This document shows, piece after piece, positions 1-8,700 of a stretch of DNA of 64,000 nucleotides. The translations under genes and the position numbers were made by a program. This DNA is from Eledone cirrhosa (taxonomy: Eukaryota), in assembly GCA_964016885.1 (NCBI GenBank), contig OZ024744.1, forward strand, positions 133,672,001-133,736,000, given 5' to 3'. Positions within the stretch are counted from its first letter, which is position 1; each line of letters opens with the position of its first letter. The notes below the pieces were generated by a model. That model saw only the letters and a list, made by a program, of their open reading frames with translations, was not told where the DNA came from and made no database searches.

Positions 1-156
1 ACCCCAACTTCACTCAACCCCAACTTAACTCAACCCCAACTTAACTTAACCCCAACTTCACTCAACCCCAACTTAACTTAACCCCAACTTCACTCAACCA
101 CAACTTCCAACTTGACTTAACCCCAACTTAACTTAGCCCCAACTTAACTTAAGCCC
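1..156 (-). repeat. Inverted satellite block copy 1 (truncated by window start)
   Basis: C-rich AACCCCAACTTAACTT units ending in AAGCCC (151-156), then TAAGTCGGGG returns to the G-rich orientation. Confidence 0.95.
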
Positions 157-3100
157 TAAGTCGGGGTTAAGTTAAGTTGGCGTTAAGTTAAGTTAGGCTT
201 AACTTAAGTTGGGGTTCAGTTAAGTTGGGGGTAAGTTAAGTTGGGGGTAAGTTAAGTTGGGGTTAAGTTAAGTTGCGGTTAAGTTGGGGTTAAGTTAAGT
301 TAGGGTTAAGTTAAGTTGGGGTTGAGTTAAGTTGGGGTTAATTAAGTGGTGGTTATGTTAAGTTGGGGTTAAGTTAAGTTGGGGTTAATTTAAATTGGGG
401 TTAAGTTAACTTTGTGGTTAATTTAAGTTGGGGTTAAGTTAAGTTGGGGTTAAGTTGGGGTTGAGTTAAGTTGGGGTTGAGTGAAGTTGGGGTTAAGTTA
501 AGTTGGGGTTAAGTTAAGTTGGGGTTAAGTTAGGTCGGGGTTAAGTTAAGTTGTGGTTGAGTTAAGTTGGGGTTAATTTAAGTTGGGGCTAAGTTAATTT
601 GTGGTTAAGTTAAGTTGGGGTTAAGTTAAGTTGGGGTTAAGTTAAGTTGGGGTTGAGTTAAGTTGGGGTTGAGTTAATTTGGGGTTAAGTTAAGTTGGGG
701 TTAAATTAAGTTGGGGTTAAATTAAGTTGGGGTTAAGTTACGTTGGGGGTAAGTTAAGTTGGGGGCAAGTTAAGTTGGGGTTAATTTAAGTTGGGGTTAA
801 ATTAAGTTGGGGTTACGTTAAGTTGGTGTTAAGTTAAGTTGGGGTTAATTTAAGTTGGGGTTAATTAAGTTGGGGTTAAGTTAAGTTGGGGTTAAGTTAA
901 GTTGGGGTTAATTTAAGTTGGGGTTGAGTTAAGTTGGGGTTAAGTTAAGTTGGGGTTATATTAAGTTGGGGTTAAGTTAAGTTGGGGTTCAGTTAAGTTG
1001 GGGATAAGTTAAGTTGGGGTTAAGTTAAGTTGGGGTTAAGTTAAGGTGGGGTTAAGTTAAGTTGGTGTTAAGTTAAGTTGGGGCTAAGTTAAGTTGGGGC
1101 TGAGTTAAGTTGGGGCTGAGTTAAGTTGGGGTTAAGTTAAGTTGGGGTTGAGTTAAGTTGGGGTTAAGTTAAGTTGGGGTCAAGTTAAGTTGGGGTTAAG
1201 TTGGGGTTAAGTTAAGTTGGGGTTAAGTTAAGTTGGGGTTAAGTTAAGTCGGGGTTAAGTTAAGTTGGGGTTAAGTTAAGTTGGGGTTAATTTAAGTTGG
1301 GGTTAAGTTAAGTTGGGGTTAAGTTAAGTTGGGGTTAAGTTAAGATGGGGTTAAGTTAAGTTGGGGTTAAGTTAAGTTGAGGTTAAGTTAAGTTGGGGTT
1401 AAATTAAGTTGGGGTTAAGTTAAGTTGGGGTTAAGTTAAGTTGGGGTTAAGTTAAGTTGGGGATAAGTTAAGTTGGGGATAATTTAAGTTGGGGTTAAGT
1501 TAAGTTGGGTTTAAGTTAAGTTGGGGTTAAGTTAAGTTGGGGTTAAGTTAAGTTGGGGTTAAGTTAAGTTGGGGTTAAGTTAAGTTGGGGTTAAGTTAAG
1601 TTGGGGCTAAGTTAAGTTGGGGCTGAGTTAAGTTGGGGTTAAGTTAAGTTGGGGTTAAGTTAAGTTGGGGTTAAGTTAAGTTGGGGTTTATTTAAGTTGG
1701 GGTTCAGTTAAGTTGGGGTTAAGTTAAGTTGGGGTTAAGATGGGGTTAAATTAAGTTGGGGTTAAGTTAAGTTGGGGTTAAGTTAAGTTGGGGTTAAGTT
1801 AAGTTGGGGTTAAGTTAAGTCGGGGTTAAGTTAAGTCGGGGTTAAGTTAAGTTAGGGTTCAGTTAAGTTGGGGTTAAGTTAAGTTGGGGTTGAGTTAAGT
1901 TGGGGTTGAGTTAAATTGGGGTTGAGTTAAGTTGGGGTTGAGTTAAGTTGGTGTTGAGTTAAGTTGGGGTTAAGTTAAGTTGGGGTTAAGTTAAGTTGGG
2001 GTTAATTTAAGTTGGGGTTCAGTTAAGTTGGGGTTCAGTTAAGTTGGGGATAAGTTAAGTTGGGGTTAAGTTAAGTTGGGGTTAAGTTAAGTTGGGGTTA
2101 AGTTAAGTTGGTGTTAAGTTAAGTTGGGGCTAAGTTAAGTTGGGGCTGAGTTAAGTTGGGGCTGAGTTAAGTTGGGGTTAAGTTAAGTTGGGGTTGAGTT
2201 AAGTTGGGGTTAAGTTAAGTTGGGGTCAAGTTAAGTTGGGGTTAAGTTGGGGTTAAGTTAAGTTAGGTTTAAGTTAAGTTGGGGTTAAGTTAAGTTGGGG
2301 TTACGTTAAGTTGGTGTTAAGTTAAGTTGGGGTTAATTTAAGTTGGGGTTAATTAAGTTGGGGTTAAGTTAAGTTGGGGTTAAGTTAAGTTGGGGTTAAT
2401 TTAAGTTGGGGTTGAGTTAAGTTGGGGTTAAGTTAAGTTGGGGTTATATTAAGTTGGGGTTAAGTTAAGTTGGGGTTCAGTTAAGTTGGGGATAAGTTAA
2501 GTTGGGGTTAAGTTAAGTTGGGGTTAAGTTAAGTTGGGGTTAAGTTAAGTTGGTGTTAAGTTAAGTTGGGGCTAAGTTAAGTTGGGGCTGAGTTAAGTTG
2601 GGGCTGAGTTAAGTTGGGGTTAAGTTAAGTTGGGGTTGAGTTAAGTTGGGGTTAAGTTAAGTTGGGGTTAAGTTAAGTTGGGGTTAAGTTAAGTTGGTGT
2701 TAAGTTAAGTTGGGGCTAATTTAAGTTGGGGCTGAGTTAAGTTGGGGCTGAGTGAAGTTGGGGTTAAGTTAAGTTGGGGTTGAGTTAAGTTGGGGTTAAG
2801 TTAAGTTGGGGTCAAGTTAAGTTGGGATTAAGTTGGGGTTAAGTTAAGTTAGGTTTAAGTTAAGTTGGGGTTAAGTTAAGTTGGGGTTAAGTTAAGTTGG
2901 GGTTAAGTTAAGTTGGGGTTAAGTTAAGTTGGGGTTAAGTTAATTTGTGGTTAAGTTGGGGTTAAGTTAAGTTGGGGTTAAGTTAAGTTGGGGTTAATTT
3001 AAGTCGGGGTTAAGTTAAGTTGGGGTTAAGTTAAGTTGGGGTTAATTTAAGTTGGGGTTAAGTTAAGTTGGGGCTAATTTAAGTTGGGGTTAAGTTAAGT

Positions 3101-4175
3101 TTGGGTTAAGTTAAGTTGGGGTTAAGTTAAGTTGAGGTTAAGTTAAGTTGGGGTTAAATTAAGTTGGGGTTAAGTTAAGTTGGGGTTAAGTTAAGTTGGG
3201 GTTAAGTTAAGTTGGGGATAAGTTAAGTTGGGGATAGTTTAAGTTGGGGTTAAGTTAAGTTGGGTTTAAGTTAAGTTGGGGTTAAGTTAAGTTGGGGATA
3301 AGTTAAGTTGGGGTTAAGTTAAGTTGGGGTTAAGTTAAGTTGGGGTTAAGTTAAGTTGGGGCTAAGTTAAGTTGGGGCTGAGTTAAGTTGGGGTTAAGTT
3401 AAGTTGGGGTTAAGTTAAGTTGGGGTTAATTTAAGTTGGGGTTTATTTAAGATGGGGTTATGTTAAGTTGGTGTTAAGTTAAGTTGGGGTTAATTTAAGT
3501 TGGGGTTAATTAAGTTGGGGTTAAGTTAAGTTGGGGTTAAGTTAAGTTAGGGCTAAGTTAAGTTGGGGCTGAGTTAAGTTGGGGTTAAGTTAAGTTGGGC
3601 TTAATTTAAGTCGGGGTTAAGTTAAGTTAGGGTTCAGTTAAGTTGGGGTTAAGTTAAGTTGGGGTTGAGTTAAGTTGGGGTTGAGTTAAATTGGGGTTGA
3701 GTTAAGTTGGGGTTGAGTTAAGTTGGTGTTGAGTTAAGTTGGGGTTAAGTTAAGTTGGGGTTAAGTTAAGTTGCAGTTAAGTTAAGTTGAGGTTAAGTTA
3801 AGGTGCGGTTATGTTAAGTTGGGGTTAAGTTAAGTTGGGGCTAAGTTAAGTTGGGGCTAAGTTAAGTTGGGGCTAAGTTAAGTTGGGGTTAAGTTAAGTT
3901 GGGGTTAAGTTAAGTCGGGGTTAAGTTAAGTTGGGGTTAAGTTAAGTTGGGGTTAATTTAAGTTGGGGTTAAGTTAAGTTGGGGTTAAGTTAAGTTGGGG
4001 TTAAGTTAAGTTGGGGTTAAGTTAAGTTGGGGTTAAGTTAAGTTGGTTAGTTAAGTTGAGTTTAAGTTAAGTTGGGGTTAATTTAAGTTGGGGTTAAGTT
4101 ATGTTGGGGTTAAGTTAAGTTGGGGTTAAGTTAAGTTGGGGTTAAGTTAAGTTGGGGTTAAGTTAAGTTGGGGTT
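1..4175 (+). repeat. Higher-order repeat unit, period 4192 bp (nearly complete copy)
   Basis: The G of AAGCCC is at 153 and again at 4345. Ordered markers: inversion, GGCG, GCGG, GTGGTGG, AACTTTGTGG, TTAGGTCGGGG, GGGGGCAAG ... GGGCTTAAT, TTGCAG, GGTGCGG, GGTTAGTTAAGTTGAGTTT, TTATG, next inversion. Confidence 0.9.
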
Positions 4176-4348
4176 AACCCCAACTTAACTTAACCCCAAC
4201 TTCACTCAACCCCAACGTAACTCAACCCCAACTTAACTTAACCCCAACTTCACTCAACCCCAACTTAACTTAACCCCAACTTCACTCAACCACAACTTCC
4301 AACTTGACTTAACCCCAACTTAACTTAGCCCCAACTTAACTTAAGCCC
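4176..4348 (-). repeat. Inverted 173-bp satellite block copy 2
   Basis: GGGGTT|AACCCC junction at 4175/4176; ends AAGCCC at 4348; third unit carries the AACGTAACTC variant. Confidence 0.95.
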
Positions 4349-5714
4349 TAAGTCGGGGTTAAGTTAAGTTGGCGTTAAGTTAAGTTAGGCTTAACTTAAG
4401 TTGGGGTTCAGTTAAGTTGGGGGGTAAGTTAAGTTGGGGGTAAGTTAAGTTGGGGTTAAGTTAAGTTGCGGTTAAGTTGGGGTTAAGTTAAGTTAGGGTT
4501 AAGTTAAGTTGGGGTTGAGTTAAGTTGGGGTTAATTAAGTGGTGGTTATGTTAAGTTGGGGTTAAGTTAAGTTGGGGTTAATTTAAATTGGGGTTAAGTT
4601 AACTTTGTGGTTAATTTAAGTTGGGGTTAAGTTAAGTTGGGGTTAAGTTGGGGTTGAGTTAAGTTGGGGTTGAGTGAAGTTGGGGTTAAGTTAAGTTGGG
4701 GTTAAGTTAAGTTGGGGTTAAGTTAGGTCGGGGTTAAGTTAAGTTGTGGTTGAGTTAAGTTGGGGTTAATTTAAGTTGGGGCTAAGTTAATTTGTGGTTA
4801 AGTTAAGTTGGGGTTAAGTTAAGTTGGGGTTAAGTTAAGTTGGGGTTGAGTTAAGTTGGGGTTGAGTTAATTTGGGGTTAAGTTAAGTTGGGGTTAAATT
4901 AAGTTGGGGTTAAATTAAGTTGGGGTTAAGTTACGTTGGGGGTAAGTTAAGTTGGGGGCAAGTTAAGTTGGGGTTAATTTAAGTTGGGGTTAAATTAAGT
5001 TGGGGTTACGTTAAGTTGGTGTTAAGTTAAGTTGGGGTTAATTTAAGTTGGGGTTAATTAAGTTGGGGTTAAGTTAAGTTGGGGTTAAGTTAAGTTGGGG
5101 TTAATTTAAGTTGGGGTTATATTAAGTTGGGGTTAAGTTAAGTTGGGGTTCAGTTAAGTTGGGCATAAGTTAAGTTGGGGTTAAGTTAAGTTGGGGTTAA
5201 GTTAAGGTGGGGTTAAGTTAAGTTGGTGTTAAGTTAAGTTGGGGCTAAGTTAAGTTGGGGCTGAGTTAAGTTGGGGCTGAGTTAAGTTGGGGTTAAGTTA
5301 AGTTGGGGTTGAGTTAAGTTGGGGTTAAGTTAAGTTGGGGTCAAGTTAAGTTGGGGTTAAGTTGGGGTTAAGTTAAGTTGGGGTTAAGTTAAGTTGGGGT
5401 TAAGTTAAGTCGGGGTTAAGTTAAGTTGGGGTTAAGTTAAGTTGGGGTTAATTTAAGTTGGGGTTAAGTTAAGTTGGGGTTAAGTTAAGTTGGGGTTAAG
5501 TTAAGATGGGGTTAAGTTAAGTTGGGGTTAAGTTAAGTTGAGGTTAAGTTAAGTTGGGGTTAAATTAAGTTGGGGTTAAGTTAAGTTGGGGTTAAGTTAA
5601 GTTGGGGTTAAGTTAAGTTGGGGATAAGTTAAGTTGGGGATAATTTAAGTTGGGGTTAAGTTAAGTTGGGTTTAAGTTAAGTTGGGGTTAAGTTAAGTTG
5701 GGGTTAAGTTAAGT

Positions 5715-8700
5715 TGGGGTTGAGTTAAGTTGGGGTTAATTAAGTGGTGGTTATGTTAAGTTGGGGTTAAGTTAAGTTGGGGTTAATTTAAATTGGGGTT
5801 AAGTTAACTTTGTGGTTAATTTAAGTTGGGGTTAAGTTAAGTTGGGGTTAAGTTGGGGTTGAGTTAAGTTGAGGTTGAGTGAAGTTGGGGTTAAGTTAAG
5901 TTGGGGTTAAGTTAGGTCGGGGTTAAGTTAAGTTGTGGTTGAGTTAAGTTGGGGTTAATTTAAGTTGGGGCTAAGTTAATTTGTGGTTAAGTTAAGTTGG
6001 GGTTAAGTTAAGTTGGGGTTAAGTTAAGTTGGGGTTGAGTTAAGTTGGGGTTGAGTTAATTTGGGGTTAAGTTAAGTTGGGGTTAAATTAAGTTGGGGTT
6101 AAATTAAGTTGGGGTTAAGTTACGTTGGGGGTAAGTTAAGTTGGGGGCAAGTTAAGTTGGGGTTAATTTAAGTTGGGGTTAAATTAAGTTGGGGTTACGT
6201 TAAGTTGGTGTTAAGTTAAGTTGGGGTTAATTCAAGTTGGGGTTAATTAAGTTGGGGTTAACTTAAGTTGGGGTTAAGTTAAGTTGGGGTTAATTTAAGT
6301 TGGGGTTGAGTTAAGTTGGGGTTAAGTTAAGTTGGGGTTATATTAAGTTGGGGTTAAGTTAAGTTGGGGTTCAGTTAAGTTGGGGATAAGTTAAGTTGGG
6401 GTTAAGTTAAGTTGGGGTTAAGTTAAGGTGGGGTTAAGTTAAGTTGGTGTTAAGTTAAGTTGGGGCTAAGTTAAGTTGGGGCTGAGTTAAGTTGGGGCTG
6501 AGTTAAGTTGGGGTTAAGTTAAGTTGGGGTTGAGTTAAGTTGGGGTTAAGTTAAGTTGGGGTCAAGTTAAGTTGGGGTTAAGTTGGGGTTAAGTTAAGTT
6601 GGGGTTAAGTTAAGTTGGGGTTAAGTTAAGTCGGGGTTAAGTTAAGTTGGGGTTAAGTTAAGTTGGGGTTAATTTAAGTTGGGGTTAAGTTAAGTTGGGG
6701 TTAAGTTAAGTTGGGGTTAAGTTAAGATGGGGTTAAGTTAAGTTGGGGTTAAGTTAAGTTGAGGTTAAGTTAAGTTGGGGTTAAATTAAGTTGGGGTTAA
6801 GTTAAGTTGGGGTTAAGTTAAGTTGGGGTTAAGTTAAGTTGGGGATAAGTTAAGTTGGGGATAATTTAAGTTGGGGTTAAGTTAAGTTGGGTTTAAGTTA
6901 AATTGGGGTTAAGTTAAGTTGGGGTTAAGTTAAGTTGGGGTTAAGTTAAGTTGGGGTTAAGTTAAGTTGGGGCTAAGTTAAGTTGGGGCTGAGTTAAGTT
7001 GGGGTTAAGTTAAGTTGGGGTTAAGTTAAGTTGGGGTTAAGTTAAGTTGGGGTTTATTTAAGTTGGGGTTAATTTAAGTTGGGGTTCAGTTAAGTTGGGG
7101 TTAAGTTAAGTTGGGGTTAAGATGGGGTTAAATTAAGTTGGGGTGAAGTTAAGTTGGGGTTAAGTTAAGTTGGGGTTAAGTTAAGTTGGGGTTAAGTTAA
7201 GTCGGGGTTAAGTTAAGTCGGGGTTAAGTTAAGTTAGGGTTCAGTTAAGTTGGGGTTAAGTTAAGTTGGGGTTGAGTTAAGTTGGGGTTGAGTTAAATTG
7301 GGGTTGAGTTAAGTTGGGGTTGAGTTAAGTTGGTGTTGAGTTAAGTTGGGGTTAAGTTAAGTTGGGGTTAAGTTAAGTTGGGGTTAATTTAAGTTGGGGT
7401 TCAGTTAAGTTGGGGTTCAGTTAAGTTGGGGATAAGTTAAGTTGGGGTTAAGTTAAGTTGGGGTTAAGTTAAGTTGGGGTTAAGTTAAGTTGGGGCTAAG
7501 TTAAGTTGGGGCTGAGTTAAGTTGGGGCTGAGTTAAGTTGGGGTTAAGTTAAGTTGGGGTTGAGTTAAGTTGGGGTTAAGTTAAGTTGGGGTCAAGTTAA
7601 GTTGGGGTTAAGTTGGGGTTAAGTTAAGTTAGGTTTAAGTTAAGTTGGGGTTAAGTTAAGTTGGGGTTACGTTAAGTTGGTGTTAAGTTAAGTTGGGGTT
7701 AATTTAAGTTGGGGTTAATTAAGTTGGGGTTAAGTTAAGTTGGGGTTAAGTTAAGTTGGGGTTGAGTTAAGTTGGGGTTAAGTTAAGTTGGGGTTATATT
7801 AAGTTGGGGTTAAGTTAAGTTGGGGTTCAGTTAAGTTGGGGATAAGTTAAGTTGGGGTTAAGTTAAGTTGGGGTTAAGTTAAGTTGGGGTTAAGTTAAGT
7901 TGGTGTTAAGTTAAGTTGGGGCTAAGTTAAGTTGGGGCTGAGTTAAGTTGGGGCTGAGTTAAGTTGGGGTTAAGTTAAGTTGGGGTTGAGTTAAATTGGG
8001 GTTAAGTTAAGTTGGGGTTAAGTTGGGGTTAAGTTAAGTTGGTGTTAAGTTAAGTTGGGGCTAAGTTAAGTTGGGGCTGAGTTAAGTTGGGGCTGAGTGA
8101 AGTTGGGGTTAAGTTAAGTTGGGGTCAAGTTAAGTTGGGGTTAAGTTGGGGTTAAGTTAAGTTAGGTTTAAGTTAAGTTGGGGTTAAGTTAAGTTGGGGT
8201 TAATTTAAGTTGGGGTTAAGTTAAGTTGGGGTTAAGTTAATTTGTGGTTAAGTTAAGTTGGGGTTAAGTTAAGTTGGGGTTAAGTTAAGTTGGGGTTAAT
8301 TTAAGTCGGGGTTAAGTTAAGTTGGGGTTAAGTTAAGTTGGGGTTAATTTAAGTTGGGGTTAAGTTAAGTTGGGGCTAATTTAAGTTGGGGTTAAGTTAA
8401 GTTGGGGTTAAGTTAAGTTGGGGTTAAGTTAAGTTGAGGTTAAGTTAAGTTGGGGTTAAATTAAGTTGGGGTTAAGTTAAGTTGGGGTTAAGTTAAGTTG
8501 GGGTTAAGTTAAGTTGGGGATAAGTTAAGTTGGGGATAGTTTAAGTTGGGGTTAAGTTAAGTTGGGTTTAAGTTAAGTTGGGGTTAAGTTAAGTTGGGGA
8601 TAAGTTAAGTTGGGGTTAAGTTAAGTTGGGGTTAAGTTAAGTTGGGGTTAAGTTAAGTTGGGGCTAAGTTAAGTTGGGGCTGAGTTAAGTTGGGGTTAAG

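Noticed and set aside
154-198. CCCTAA (vertebrate-type) and TTAGGC (nematode-type) telomere hexamers near the right junction
   Set aside because: These are single isolated copies easily produced by one or two changes of the monomer, so they are not taxonomically informative.
4176-4348. Inverted blocks as fold-back sequencing or MDA chimeras
   Set aside because: They revert after exactly 173 bp, have identical breakpoints in all visible copies, carry variants absent from the adjacent flank, and show shared SNV haplotypes. Copy number still needs read validation.
4174-4351. Block as a piggyBac-like element or MITE inserted at TTAA
   Set aside because: It has no distinct terminal inverted repeats or non-satellite internal sequence, and TTAA occurs twice per monomer, so it is not evidence of a target-site duplication.
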